Both the position numbers and the translations under genes were made by a program. From assembly GCA_043809585.1 (NCBI GenBank), contig JBDROZ010000084.1:1-64000 (forward strand): a stretch of 64,000 nucleotides of DNA, given 5' to 3'. This document shows positions 9,337-20,441 of this stretch, piece by piece. The notes under the pieces are model-generated. The model saw nothing but the letters and a program-made list of their open reading frames with translations. It searched no databases and was not told the DNA's origin. Source of the stretch: Candidatus Eiseniibacteriota bacterium. Lineage in GTDB: Bacteria > Orphanbacterota > Orphanbacteria > Orphanbacterales > Orphanbacteraceae. Every line of letters begins with the position of its first letter. Within the stretch, counting starts at the first letter, position 1.

Positions 9337-10293
9337 TCAAATCGAACTCCGCAGCGCGAGCTCCCGTGGATACGGTTCGAGGTAGATCTGGGCGTCGACC
9401 CATTCGTGGCCGAGGCGCTTCAAGTGGTGATGGAGGAGGGTGAGGGGGGTGACGAGGGGGACGTAGCCGTTCTTGTAATCCGCGAAGACCTGATGGAGCT
9501 CCCCTTTGGCGGGCCCGTCGAGCTCTTCCTTCAAGAAGCCGGCGAAGTGTTGGAGCACGTTGACGTGGCGGCCGGGGGAGGCGACGCGCCGCAGGCCGGC
9601 CATGAAGGTCATTTCGTAGCGGCCCAGAAGATCATCGATATCGAGGGTGCCCGCCTTCGCGACGAGCCTTCCGAGGGCCGCGTAGTCCTGAGGGCTGTGG
9701 GCGAGAACGAGCATCTTGTGGGCCGTGTGGAAGGCGACCAGATCTTTCGGCCTCGGCCCGGCCGCCCGGAATCGGAGCCACCGGGCGTACGCGAAGACCC
9801 GGGTGATGAAGTTCTCCCGGAGCCGCGGGTCCCGGAGGCGTCCTTCCTCCTCGACCGGGAGAAGGGGCAACCGTTCCATCAGCGCCCGGGCGAAGAAGCC
9901 GGCCCCCTCCTTCGCCGGCACGCCGTTCTCGTCGTACACCCTCACCCGCTCCATGCCGCAGCTCGGCGAGTCCTTCTTGAGGACGTAGCCGTGGAGGCCG
10001 CGCCCCGCGAGCTCCCCGGCCTGCACCTTCGAGTAGGCGGTCATCTTCTCGGTGTGATCGGCGCCGCTCTTCCCCCCGACCAGGCGGTCCTTCCCCCCCG
10101 CCCGGACGATGCGGATCGACTCCCGCGGCGTGCCGAGGCCGATGTCGACCTCCGGGCAGACCGGCACCCACTCGGCGTATCCCCCGAGAATGTCGGTCAG
10201 GAACCGGTCCCGCTTGTGGCCGCCGTCGAAACGAACCTGCTGCCCGAGGAGGCAGGAGCTGATCCCGATGCGGAGTCTCTCCGGTTCACCCAC
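9337..10293 (-). CDS. DUF523 (TudS-like desulfidase) + DUF1722 fusion, YbgA-like
   Basis: IGISSCLLG..VRFDGGHK, VCPEV, SPSCG, PVEEEGRL, NVLQHFAGF and YLEPYP. Confidence 0.9.
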   Translation of the reverse strand: MGEPERLRIGISSCLLGQQVRFDGGHKRDRFLTDILGGYAEWVPVCPEVDIGLGTPRESIRIVRAGGKDRLVGGKSGADHTEKMTAYSKVQAGELAGRGLHGYVLKKDSPSCGMERVRVYDENGVPAKEGAGFFARALMERLPLLPVEEEGRLRDPRLRENFITRVFAYARWLRFRAAGPRPKDLVAFHTAHKMLVLAHSPQDYAALGRLVAKAGTLDIDDLLGRYEMTFMAGLRRVASPGRHVNVLQHFAGFLKEELDGPAKGELHQVFADYKNGYVPLVTPLTLLHHHLKRLGHEWVDAQIYLEPYPRELALRSSI

Positions 10294-10753
10294 GGTTCCC
10301 GTCTCCTTCTTCCGCGAGGATACGATCGATCACCGACTCCCGGTAACGAAAGATCCGCTCCACGTCGGGACCGACGAAGAAGCGGTGGACCAGCGCGCCG
10401 CCGGGGACGGCGTAGCGGACGAGATCGCGGATCACCGTCCCTCCCCTTCCCTCCCGAAACGAATGCTCGTGCTCCCACATCCGATACGGTCCCTTCCGCT
10501 GCACGTCGACGAACCGGCGGGGGGGCTCCCAGACGGTGATCTCGCTCCTCCACAGGAGGGGGAGCCCGTGAACCCGGAGCCGGTAGTCGATGATCGCGCC
10601 GGTCTTCATCTCGATCGGCGCCGGCGTCACGACCCGGAACCGGAGGAAGGGGGGCGTGATCCGCTCGAGGTTGCGGGCGTCGGCGAAGAAGGGGAACACC
10701 TTTCCGAGAGGAAAGGGCACCGTCTGCTCCCTGTCGAGCGTGAAGATCTTCAT
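10286..10753 (-). CDS. SRPBCC family protein
   Basis: FFADARNLERITPP, FVDVQRKGPYRMWEHEHSF and IFRYR. The start overlaps the photolyase stop. Confidence 0.88.
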   Translation of the reverse strand: MKIFTLDREQTVPFPLGKVFPFFADARNLERITPPFLRFRVVTPAPIEMKTGAIIDYRLRVHGLPLLWRSEITVWEPPRRFVDVQRKGPYRMWEHEHSFREGRGGTVIRDLVRYAVPGGALVHRFFVGPDVERIFRYRESVIDRILAEEGDGNRG

Positions 10754-12207
10754 CTCTTGTTCCCTTCGCTCTTGATTTTGTCGTACGCGGCGAGAGCCGC
10801 CTTCCGCGCCTCGCCGTGGTCGACCATCGGCTTCGGGTAGGTCCGCCCGAGCGCGACCCCCGCATCTCGGAGGAGGGCCGGCGGCGCTTCCCACGGACGG
10901 TGGACGTACTTGTCGGGGAGCGCCCCGATCTCCGGGACCCGGCGCCGGACGTAGACACCCTCCGGATCGAACCGCTCCCCTTGTGAGACGGGATTGAAGA
11001 TGCGGAAGTAGGGGGCGGCGTCGGCGCCGCATCCCGCGGTCCACTGCCAGCCGAAGGTGTTGTTCGCGAGGTCGGCGTCGACCAGGTTCTCCCAGAACCA
11101 TCGCGCCCCCTCCCGCCACGGAATCAGCAGGTCCTTGGTGAGGAACGAGGCGACGATCATGCGGACCCGGTTGTGCATCCACCCCGTCGTCCGGAGTTCC
11201 CGCATGCCGGCGTCGACGATCGGAAAGCCGGTCTCCCCCCTCTCCCACGCCCCGAGGGCGGCCTTCCCCCGCCGCCAGGGGAACTTCGCGAAGGCCGGAC
11301 GGAGGGGCTTCTCCGGCGTGCTCGGAAAGTGATGGAGCAGGTGGTGGGCGAACTCCCGCCAGGCGATCTGCCGGAGCCAGGGAGCGGGATCGAGACGGTT
11401 CGTCCGTTCGCGTGCGGCGGCCCGCCGGGCATGGACCCAGACCTGGCGGGGACCGATCTCTCCGAAGTGAAGATGGGGGGAGAGCCGGGAAGTCCCGACC
11501 CGGTCCGGCCGGTCCCGGCCGGTCTCGTACTCCGCCGCCCCCTCCTTCAGAAAGAGGTGGAGCGCCTCCACCGCCCCCTCCTCGCCGGGGGTCCACGCCT
11601 CCCCCATGCCCGCCGCCCGGTCGACGCCCGGAAGCAGTCCGAGATCGCCGAGGCCGGGCGACTTCGGCCAGGTTCGCGGCGGGGCGATCTTCTCCGGCGC
11701 CCGCGTGATCCCGACCGGCTCGGGACGGTCGAGCAGCGCCTTCCCGAAGGGGGTGAAGACCTGGTACGGCCCGCCCGTCTTCGTCTCGATCTCCCATGGT
11801 TCGGCGAGGAGCGAGCCGTTCGAACTCGAGGCCTCGATCCCCTGCTTCCGGAGCCCCTCCTCGACCTTCCTGTCCCGGGCGGCGACGGCCGGCTCGCAGC
11901 GCCGGTTCCAGAAGACCGCTTCCGCTCCCGTCTCCCGGACGAGCTCTCGGAGAGCCCGCTCGGAAGGCCCCTTTCGAAGGACGAGCCGTGACTTCCTCTC
12001 CCGGAGGGAACGATCGAGCGCGGCGAGGGAGTGGTGAAGCCACCATCGGGACGACCCGCCCGGCGCCCACGGCTCTTCCTCTTCGGGGGCCCAGACGAAG
12101 ACCGGGATCACGGGCCCGCCTCTCCGGACCGCCGCCTCGAGGGCCGGGTTGTCCTCGAGGCGGAGATCGGCCCGGAACCAGACGAGAGAGGAGGGGGGAC
12201 GGGTCAT
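10750..12207 (-). CDS. phrB: Deoxyribodipyrimidine photolyase (class I CPD)
   Basis: WFRADLRLEDNPAL, TSRLSPHLHFGEI, TGFPIVDAGMREL, GWMHNRVRM, DADLANN and PYFRIFNP. Confidence 0.95.
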   Translation of the reverse strand: MTRPPSSLVWFRADLRLEDNPALEAAVRRGGPVIPVFVWAPEEEEPWAPGGSSRWWLHHSLAALDRSLRERKSRLVLRKGPSERALRELVRETGAEAVFWNRRCEPAVAARDRKVEEGLRKQGIEASSSNGSLLAEPWEIETKTGGPYQVFTPFGKALLDRPEPVGITRAPEKIAPPRTWPKSPGLGDLGLLPGVDRAAGMGEAWTPGEEGAVEALHLFLKEGAAEYETGRDRPDRVGTSRLSPHLHFGEIGPRQVWVHARRAAARERTNRLDPAPWLRQIAWREFAHHLLHHFPSTPEKPLRPAFAKFPWRRGKAALGAWERGETGFPIVDAGMRELRTTGWMHNRVRMIVASFLTKDLLIPWREGARWFWENLVDADLANNTFGWQWTAGCGADAAPYFRIFNPVSQGERFDPEGVYVRRRVPEIGALPDKYVHRPWEAPPALLRDAGVALGRTYPKPMVDHGEARKAALAAYDKIKSEGNKR

Positions 12208-12442
12208 CGCTCTTCTTTCGGAGGGGAATCATTCATCCGCCCGCGGGGAACTCGGGTCGTCCGCTCCGCGCAGGGGAGATCGTGCGAGCGGGCCGGTTCT
12301 CATGGCGTCCGCGGAACGTCCGGCCCCCGCTCACACCGTAGTACTATATCTATAGAGGGGGCCGCGCCATCTCTTTCGCCTTGCCACGGGGCTTCCGATT
12401 CCCAATACTGGGAGAGAACCGGTTTCCGGAAAGGAGACGACC

Positions 12443-12652
12443 ATGAAGCGCATTCTACTCTTGATCTTCTCTCTTCTCGCCCTTCTCGTGCTCGTGCAGA
12501 ACACGAACGTCGTGACCGTCCGTCTTCTCTTCTGGAGCAAACCGATGTCCCAGGTGGTACTCGTCCTGCTCACCCTGGTCGTCGGATTCCTCGCCGGCTA
12601 CCTGACCGCGAAGATCGCGTCCCCCAGGCGGCGGCCCGGGGGAAAGGAGTAG
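12443..12652 (+). CDS. LapA (DUF1049) family small membrane protein
   Basis: Two TM helices around VQNTNVVTVRLLFW. AAGGAG RBS; lies directly upstream of corA. Confidence 0.75.
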   Translation: MKRILLLIFSLLALLVLVQNTNVVTVRLLFWSKPMSQVVLVLLTLVVGFLAGYLTAKIASPRRRPGGKE

Positions 12653-12657
12653 AAACG

Positions 12658-13722
12658 ATGGCGAGGCACTTCCGGAGAAGCCACAAGAAGATCGCCTCCG
12701 CCCCCGGCACCGTCGAGTTCGCGGGTGAGAAGAAAGTCGAGCATGTCCGCATCTCCGTGATGGACTACGACAAGGAGCATTTCGACGAAAAAGCGAACGT
12801 CTCCGTCGACGAGTGCCTCCCCTACTTCGACAAGCCCGAGGTCACATGGATCAATGTCAACGGCCTTCACGACACCGCGGTTCTCCAGACCCTCGGCGAC
12901 AAGGCCGGCCTCCACCCCCTGGTCCTCGAGGACATCATCAACACCCACCAGCGCCCGAAAATCGAGGAGTTTCCCGGGTACCTCTACATCGTGATGCGGA
13001 TGCTCCGGTTCGACGAGGAGAAGAACCACGTATCGGGGGAGCAGATCAGCATCATCCTCGGGCCGAACTACGTGCTCTCGTTCCAGGAAGTGGAGGGGGA
13101 CATGTTCGATCCCGTCCGGGAGCGGATCCGGATCGGCCGGGGGCGGTCCCGGAAGCTGAAATCCGACTACCTCGCCTACGCCCTCGTCGACGCCGTCGTG
13201 GACCACTACTTCGCGGTGCTCGAGAAGATGGGCGACCGGATCGAGTCCCTCGAGGAGCGGGTGACGGAGGACCCGACGACGGAGGTTCTCCACGCGATCC
13301 ACGGGATGAAACGGGAGCTGATCTTCGTGCGGAAGTCGGTCTTCCCCGTCCGGGAGCTGATCTCCTCCCTCTCCCGGACGGAGAATCCCCTGATCCAGAA
13401 GGGGACGGACATCTTCCTCCGGGACGCCCACGACCACACGATCCAGGTGATCGACGCCCTCGAGTCGTACCGGGACATCCTCTCCGGCCTCCAGGACCTC
13501 TACCTCTCCGGGATCAGCAACCGGATGAACGAAGTGATGAAGGTCCTCACCATCGCGGCCACGATCTTCGTCCCCCTCACGTTTTTCGCGGGGATCTACG
13601 GGATGAACTTCGACTTCATACCGGAGCTGCACTACAAGTGGGCCTATCCGGCCTTTTGGGGGGTGATGCTGGTGATGGGCGGCGGCATGGTCGTCTTCTT
13701 CAAGAGAAGAGGATGGCTGTAG
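12658..13722 (+). CDS. corA: Magnesium/cobalt transporter CorA
   Basis: HPLVLEDI..THQRPK, MNEVMKVLT, GIYGMNF signature and IPEL. Confidence 0.95.
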   Translation: MARHFRRSHKKIASAPGTVEFAGEKKVEHVRISVMDYDKEHFDEKANVSVDECLPYFDKPEVTWINVNGLHDTAVLQTLGDKAGLHPLVLEDIINTHQRPKIEEFPGYLYIVMRMLRFDEEKNHVSGEQISIILGPNYVLSFQEVEGDMFDPVRERIRIGRGRSRKLKSDYLAYALVDAVVDHYFAVLEKMGDRIESLEERVTEDPTTEVLHAIHGMKRELIFVRKSVFPVRELISSLSRTENPLIQKGTDIFLRDAHDHTIQVIDALESYRDILSGLQDLYLSGISNRMNEVMKVLTIAATIFVPLTFFAGIYGMNFDFIPELHYKWAYPAFWGVMLVMGGGMVVFFKRRGWL

Positions 13723-13779
13723 CGGGAGCGGCGCTGAACCTCGATTCTGCAGAAACAGTAGCCCTGAATTCGGCGGGCA

Positions 13780-13911
13780 GGAGCCAGGGGGCCAGGGCTG
13801 GCTTGCTCAAACAGTCCTCGCGCGCCGGGCCCGGGCATCGAGGCGTCCCGCTACACAGGGCAAGCCCGGCGCGCTGCGGAACTCGCCGCTCAGCCCTAAC
13901 CCCCCGGCTCC
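13780..13911. repeat. Nested inverted-repeat element (candidate structured RNA or palindromic element)
   Basis: Outer arms GGAGCC..GGGGG..AGGGCTG / CAGCCCT..CCCCC..GGCTCC. Inner perfect 11-bp stem GCGCGCCGGGC (13820-13830) / GCCCGGCGCGC (13864-13874). Confidence 0.55.
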
Positions 13912-13952
13912 CACCTTGGCCCAAGTCGTATGAGTGTCTTGAAGGATCGCGC

Positions 13953-16900
13953 CTAATAGTCGGCGCTCCACGTCAACTCCGCCCCCGACTGGTTCTGGTG
14001 CCCGAACAACGTCTCTACCTTCAAGTGTCGGGAGAGAAAATACTCCAGGTTGACGTAGAAGCTCTCCCGGTTTTCCAGCGCCTGCTCGTACTTGAGCAGC
14101 ACCTTCCTCGTGATGTACTTCCCGATCATGACCGAGTTCCCCTTTCCCCCGTTCCGGCCCCGCCTAATCGTCACCATGTCGACGCCGAGCTGCCGGGCGA
14201 GCCGCGACTCGATTTCCGCCATTCCGAACGACGTCGCCACCTCCGTCGCCCGCCGCTGGAGAAGTCCCATCTGGTCGTTGTCCAGCTCGTCCACCGGCCT
14301 TCCGAACACGAGGAACGACAGGATGTCCCCCTCGGGCATCTCCGGATCCGACTCCAGGGCCAGCTCCGGCTCTTTCGCCGTCCCCTGGAACCGCACCCGC
14401 ACCGACGTTCCCTGCACGTTCGCGGCGAGCACCAGGTCGAGAGTGGGATTCGCCTCGTCGTCGCCGTAGAAGACTACCCGGCCCCGCTCGACGAGGAACG
14501 TGTGGCCGAGGAAGAGGAACCGGCCCGAAACGGCGCTCAGCTCACCCGTCAGCGTCGGGTAGGCTCCTTTCTGGACCAGGCGAAGCTCGCCGGCCAGCTC
14601 CGCGTCGAGCCCCTGCCCCCGGATCCAGACGCCGGAGGGAATCGAGACGGTGACATCCAGGTCGAGGGGGCGGGCCGCCCGCGGTTCCCCTGCCGGTCCG
14701 CCGTTCTTCTTCGGTTCCCCCTCACCATCATCCCCCTCTTCCCCGCGCAGACCCCAGAGAATCGCGCCCCCCCCGGCGGGGTGGAGCGTTCTCGTCTTGT
14801 CCGGGATTCGGAGCACACCGCTCGACACGACGAATTCCCCCTCGAGGGCGGGGCGCCCCGCCGTTCCCGAGACCTCGATCCCGGCGTCCGTCGAGATCCA
14901 CGAACCGTCCGGAAGGGTCGCCTTGACCCCGGTCGCCCGTGCATCCCCCCGAAGCGTCGGAGCGGAGACCGGACCCTCGGCGGCGACATCGAACCGGACC
15001 CGGCCCTCCATGCCGAAGTCGGAAGGCAGGTACGGGGCGATCTCTCCCAGGGGGAGGCCGTCCGAACGGGCGTGAAGCGATCCCGCCTCCTCCTTCCGGA
15101 CGACGAACCGGGCCGGCAGGAGGGAGAAACCGGCGGGCCAGGAGAACTCGCCGTCGAACCAGGGAGACCCCGACGAATGGACGGCGAGGGTTCCTTCGAT
15201 CCGCCCCGTGGTGCCGCTCCCTTCCGTCTTCGCCCGGAACTCGCCGGTGAGGGGGGGCGATTCGGCGCGGAGGGGGGCCCGGATCTTCAGGTCCGCCTCC
15301 GCGGTGGGCGACGCCACCGTCCCTCCGAGGGCCGCCCTCCCGTTCACGGCGATGGCGCGGACGGTCTCCTCCCCCCCCTCCCGCGGAAGGGCGACGGGGA
15401 AGTCGGTGAACTCGGCCGTGACGGAGAGATCTCCCCCCCGAAGGCCGAAGCGGTAAGGGTAGAGCCCCGCGTCCATGGGGGCCCGCCCTTCGACGCGAAG
15501 CCGCTCCCCTCCTTCCCGAGAAAGACCGAGACGGGCCTTCCCCTCCCCGTCGCCCCCTTCGAACTCGAAGTTCACCTGCACCGGGAGCCCCGCCCAGACG
15601 ATGCCGCCCACCCCGGCGTTCACGATCAGATGATCGCCGTCCGGGGCGTGCAGCACCGCCTCGATCCGCCGCGGCCAGAGTCCGTCGGGCACGCGAATTC
15701 CCTCCGGCCGCTCCGGAAGGGAGAACCCCGCCTCGACGAACAGGCCGGTCCCCGGCGTCCCGACGCCCCCCTCGGCGGTGATCGCCCCGAGTCCCCCGGC
15801 GAGTTCCAGGCCGCTCACCCCGAAGGTGCCCGGCTCGGGACCGATTCGAACATCGAAGGGGCGCCGGTTCACGGCCTCCTGGCCGTCGAGACGGACCGCG
15901 AGAGACTCGACGCGCACCGACCACCCGTCCCCGCCGCTCACGACCGAACGCTGGAGCAGTTCGTAGTCCGGGCCGCGCACGTGAAGCCTGGCTTCGGCGG
16001 GGAAGAGGGCCGCATCCGAATCGGAAGCCGATCGCAGGAAGAGATCGAAGTCGTCGAAGAGGAGCGGGCCCCCGTGGCCCCCCGAAGGGGCCCTCGCCTC
16101 CGCGGACCATCCGGTGCGCCCGGCGTCGATCCGGCCGGTCATTTCGTCGGCGCGGAACGAAGAGGACACGACCCGTCCCTTCCACGAGGCTTCCAGGCGG
16201 GGCGCCGATCGGTCCCCGGAAAGCACGATCTCGGCCCTGATCGCGGCGTCCGCCGATCCCTCGGCGCCCGGCCGGAAACGGTCCAGGAAACGGAGGTCTT
16301 CGATGTCGAGAACCGCCTTTCCTTGCCACGCCCGCTCCGAGAAGCGCCCGCTCCCCCGGAGTCCCGCCCCCTCGGCGAGGACGATCGCAACCGTGTCGAG
16401 CAGAACGGCGCCCGCCTCGCTCTCGAAGAGGGCGCGGAACTCCTCGATCCAGTCGTTCGGCGCTACCACGAAACGGGCGCGGACGAAGGGCGTTCCCCCG
16501 CCGAAGGTCGCGTCCCCTTCCGAACTCCCGTCGAGCGGGACGAGACCCTCCGTTCGCGAACCCGAAGGGAAAAGAGGCGCGAACGTTGTCGGTCCGGGCA
16601 GGCGGAATCCGCCGTTCCACGCGACCCGGGTCCCCCCCCCCGGCGGGCGTCACCTCCCCCTTCAGGCGAAGATGAAAAGGTCCGTCCGACCGCCATCGGG
16701 AGCGGAGATCTTCGATCGAATCGGGCGAGAGGGTCCTCGCCCGGAGGAGAACCGGCGGAAGCCGGGACGCGTTCCAGGAGAGATCGAACGACGCCCGCCC
16801 GTCCTTCCCCCGGGTCCCGTTCAAACGAAGACTCCCCCCGTCCCCCTCGACACGGAAATCCCGCACCACGAGGGAACCTCCGGCGGGGACGAAGCGGATC

Positions 16901-18461
16901 CGGCCGTCCATCCCCTCCGCCTCCGAAGGCGCGCCCCCCGTGCGAAGGTCCCGGAAGGCGATCGGTGAGAGACGGATCTCGATCGTGTCCCCCCGGATCG
17001 CCTCGGCACGGAAAAGGGCCGAAAGGTCCCCGGTCCGGACGGCGACCCGGAGGGGCATCCCTTCGCCCGGGCTTCCGGGGATCCTGCCGTCCACGCGAAC
17101 GGAGTCGATCCGGAGATCCCCCATGCGGAAGGCGCCGGTGAGCGACAGATCGACCTCCGGGGCGGCGGCGGGTCCCGCCGCGCGGACCGTGATCCGCGCC
17201 GAAACGCTGTCGATCCCGGATGAGGGACGGCCGAGGCGCTCGAGCCACCCGAGGCCGTCGACCTCGATCGTCCCCTCCCCCTCGACCCGCTCCCCGTCGC
17301 CCCGCGCCGATCCGGACGCGATCAAACCGGACAAGGCGAACCGGAACTCGTCGATACGGATCGTCTCTCCGTCGCTCCGGGCGGCGAGGGACGCCGCCTC
17401 GATCCACTCGTTCGGAATGACCCGGAGATCGGCCTTCCACTGCCGGCCGCGGAACTGGTAGGTACCGTTCGCGGAAAGCTCGACGGCGGCGAGCTCGGGG
17501 ACCTCATCGAGCCTCCCGGCGAAGAGAGGAAGACGCCGGAGATCGGCGACGGCGGGGACCCTCGCCCGGACCGCGGCGCGGAGGCCGTGGAGGGAGCCCT
17601 CTTCGCGGAGGAGCCGCGCGCCGATCCGGATCTCGGGCGGTCCTTCCGCTCCGCCCGTGACGCCCAGATCGAGATCGAGGTCGAACGAGTCGGCGCCGGG
17701 CGACGAGAAGATCGCCGTGAAGGATCCGATCGGGGCGATGTCCCCCCGGGTGGAGCCGGACCAGACCCCCGCCCGAGATCGACGGCGATCTTCTCCGCCG
17801 AGAGGGACCACGATCCCCCGTCGTCCCGTCCGGACAGCCAATCGATCCGAACGAGGGGACCGGCCCCTCCGGCGAGGAGATCGATCTCCATGATCCACAA
17901 GAAATCCCGAACCGTCCGGCCGGGGGCGGGAACCAGGCGGGGGGCCATGACCTCCCACCGCCGGATCGCCACGGAGGGGAATCCTTCGAGGGAACCGGCG
18001 CGAAGCCAGGGGATGACCCGCCTCTTCTTCTCCACCCCCTCCTCGGGCGAAGACGGGAAGAGCGCGACGATCCGCGGGCCGTCCGCCTCGAGGTCTTCGG
18101 CGCGGAGGAGGTTCACGACCAGGTCCCGGCGGAGCAGGTCGCCGACGCCGATCGAGAATTCGACGAGACTCGCCGAGAGGAGGGTGTCCGCCTCGGCGGT
18201 CCACGCGACCCCGCCCAGCCGGACCTCGCCGGGCGACGGCCACGCCCATTCTCGGACGGTGAGACGGCCGGGGAGGACGCGGTCCGCCCGGACGATGGCC
18301 TCGCCGAGGATCCGCCCCCGGACCGGCGGAAGAAGGAGGAGCAGGGCGCACAGGATGGCGGCGATTCCGATTCCGCCGGCCGCGAATCCCGCGGCCCTCG
18401 AAATCGTCCGCACCCGGCCCCTCTTCGCTTTCGCCCGCTCCGTCATCCTCGTCGCTCCCAT
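13953..18461 (-). CDS. tamB: Translocation/assembly module TamB (DUF490), interrupted by two frameshifts in this sequence
   Basis: N-terminal TM anchor in ORF 17322-18635, middle part in ORF 14728-18351 and DUF490 C-terminus in ORF 13953-16469 (NPTLDL, ESDPEMPEGDILSFLVFG, IGKY). Frame switches occur at G-runs near 17766-17770 and 16632-16641. Confidence 0.8.
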
Positions 18462-20356
18462 CAGAACGGATGCCCGATGGACAGGTGATACACGTCGCTC
18501 GGTTCGCCCTTCTCCCGGTCCGTGATCCGGTGCCCCCAATCGACGCGGACCGCCCCCACCGGAGTCAGGATCATGAGGCTCGGACCGACCGCCACCTCGA
18601 GCTGGTCGGGCCGGATCTCCCGGGCCCGGGACCACACCTGCCCCGCGTCGGTGAATGCCGCCGCCCGGACGCGCCAGACGAGGGGGAAACGGAGCTCCGC
18701 GGCCGCCTCGATCTTCGCCTCGCCGCCGAGGGGGGCCCCCTCGTTATCCCGGGGACCGAGCCGGCGCCGCTCGAATCCGCGCATCGAGCTCGCGCCGCCC
18801 GCGAAGAAGCGTTTGTTCGGGAGCAGGTCCACGGACCCGCCGGTCGGTTTCGCCGCGCCGCCGGTCCACCGGGCCGCCCACACGATCCGCTCGGTCAATC
18901 CGAGATAGACGGTGCCCGACGCCTCGCCCAGAACGAAATGACTCTCGCTCAAGAAGCCGGGGGGCGCCCATTCGGCGCGGGCCCACGCGACAGACCCCGA
19001 CGACGGGAAGAGGCGATCGTCCGACGAATCCCGGTGGCCGAGAAGGGAGAGGGTCGTGAGAAGAGCGTCCTTTTCGCGAAAGGCCTCGACGTCCTCGGTC
19101 TTGACGTCCACGTTCACGTCCGTGAACGCCACTCCGGCCCGCAGGGTGGCGTTGAAAGAGGGCCGGTAGCGGGCGCCCAGCTCGATGCTCCGACTGTCCA
19201 GGTTGTAACTCTCCTCCCGCTCCCACTCCAGATTTCCCCCGAGCTCGCCCCGGACCCGGGGACCGATCCAGGCGGGCCGCCAGGTGGAGATACCCACACT
19301 CTGCCGGAACCGGGAAACAGCTCCCTGAAGCCGGAGACCCCGCCCCCGGGAGAAGAGATTCCGATGCTCCCACCGGGCCTGGCCGCGAAGAAGATCGTCG
19401 GTCCAGTACCCGATGCCGAACTCGATCGACCGGGGGGTGCGCATGAGGAGACGGGCGTTGACGTCGACCGCGCCGTCGCCGCCCCCCTCCGGCTCGACTC
19501 GGATCTGCCGGAAGAGCTCGAGGAGGCGGAGGTTGCTCCGGGCGTGTTCCAGTGCGGAGGGGTTGAACCGGCTTCCCGGTTCGATGTCGGCCGTCTTCTG
19601 CACGAGAGAAACGAGATCGTCCGGCGCCCCTTCGACGACGGTCTTCCGAAAGAAACAGAGTGGGCCGGGCTCGACCCGGAGGGTGAGGTCCACGCCCCCC
19701 TCCGGTTCCGCCGCCACTTCGGGCGTCACGGCGACCCAGGCGTATCCCGAGTCTCGGTGGACCGCCGCCAGACCATCGACGGTTTCGGCGAGAAGATCCT
19801 CCCGGAAGACCCCCCCCTCCCACTCTTTCCGGAGCCGGGCGACCTCGGGGGCGAGGGCGGGGACCGCCCCGGCAACCCGAAAGACCGACACCCGGGAGGG
19901 GGCGCCCGGCTCCACGACGAGGCGCACGGTGAGGGACCGTTTGGAGGGTTCCGGCTCGATGCGGGCGGCGACCGTCGCGGCCGGATAACCCCGGCGGGCG
20001 AGGAAGAGGCGCACCCGGTCCAAGTCCTCTTCCAGAATCGACGGATAGAAGAGCGCCCGTCTCGTGCGGAGCACGCCCGGCACGGGCGCGAGGGCGAGTC
20101 CCCGGCGGAGCCCCCCCTCCCATTCCGGGGGGCTCCCCTCCACCCGGATGTCCGCGACGGTCCATCCCTTGTAGAAGGGCGCGTCGTCCGGAATTCCGCC
20201 GCGGGCGGGTCCCGCGGAGAAAAGGAGGATCGCGAGCGCGCCGGCGAGCGCCCTCCGGGATCTCGCACCGGGCTTCCGTTTCAGGTTCGACGGTCCCCGC
20301 AAACTCTCCCCCTCTCCGCCTCTCGGGACGGGACATCTCCGCCGAGCATACTCCAC
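18461..20356 (-). CDS. tamA: TamA/BamA (Omp85) family outer-membrane protein
   Basis: POTRA repeats (LARRGY, DSGY), RFFAGGASSMRGF, ELRFPL and terminal SIGHPF. Start is approximate. Confidence 0.88.
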   Translation of the reverse strand: MEYARRRCPVPRGGEGESLRGPSNLKRKPGARSRRALAGALAILLFSAGPARGGIPDDAPFYKGWTVADIRVEGSPPEWEGGLRRGLALAPVPGVLRTRRALFYPSILEEDLDRVRLFLARRGYPAATVAARIEPEPSKRSLTVRLVVEPGAPSRVSVFRVAGAVPALAPEVARLRKEWEGGVFREDLLAETVDGLAAVHRDSGYAWVAVTPEVAAEPEGGVDLTLRVEPGPLCFFRKTVVEGAPDDLVSLVQKTADIEPGSRFNPSALEHARSNLRLLELFRQIRVEPEGGGDGAVDVNARLLMRTPRSIEFGIGYWTDDLLRGQARWEHRNLFSRGRGLRLQGAVSRFRQSVGISTWRPAWIGPRVRGELGGNLEWEREESYNLDSRSIELGARYRPSFNATLRAGVAFTDVNVDVKTEDVEAFREKDALLTTLSLLGHRDSSDDRLFPSSGSVAWARAEWAPPGFLSESHFVLGEASGTVYLGLTERIVWAARWTGGAAKPTGGSVDLLPNKRFFAGGASSMRGFERRRLGPRDNEGAPLGGEAKIEAAAELRFPLVWRVRAAAFTDAGQVWSRAREIRPDQLEVAVGPSLMILTPVGAVRVDWGHRITDREKGEPSDVYHLSIGHPF

Positions 20357-20441
20357 CCGAGGCCCTCCGCCAAACCGGGAGGAGAGCCGGGTTCGAGATC
20401 GCCCCTTGCGCCCCCTCCGGCGGACCGTGTAAAGTAGGTGA

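Noticed and set aside
13780-13911. Assignment as 6S RNA or hairpin ribozyme (ACAGUCC motif)
   Set aside because: It is shorter than typical 6S RNA and the hairpin-ribozyme partner loops are missing. Kept only as an unassigned structured element.
12813-17141. 1442-aa plus-strand ORF and many other long overlapping ORFs (e.g. 28365-31178, 35448-38321, 46205-48625)
   Set aside because: Shadow or antisense frames of real genes in high-GC DNA. They are Arg/Pro/Gly-rich with no motifs.
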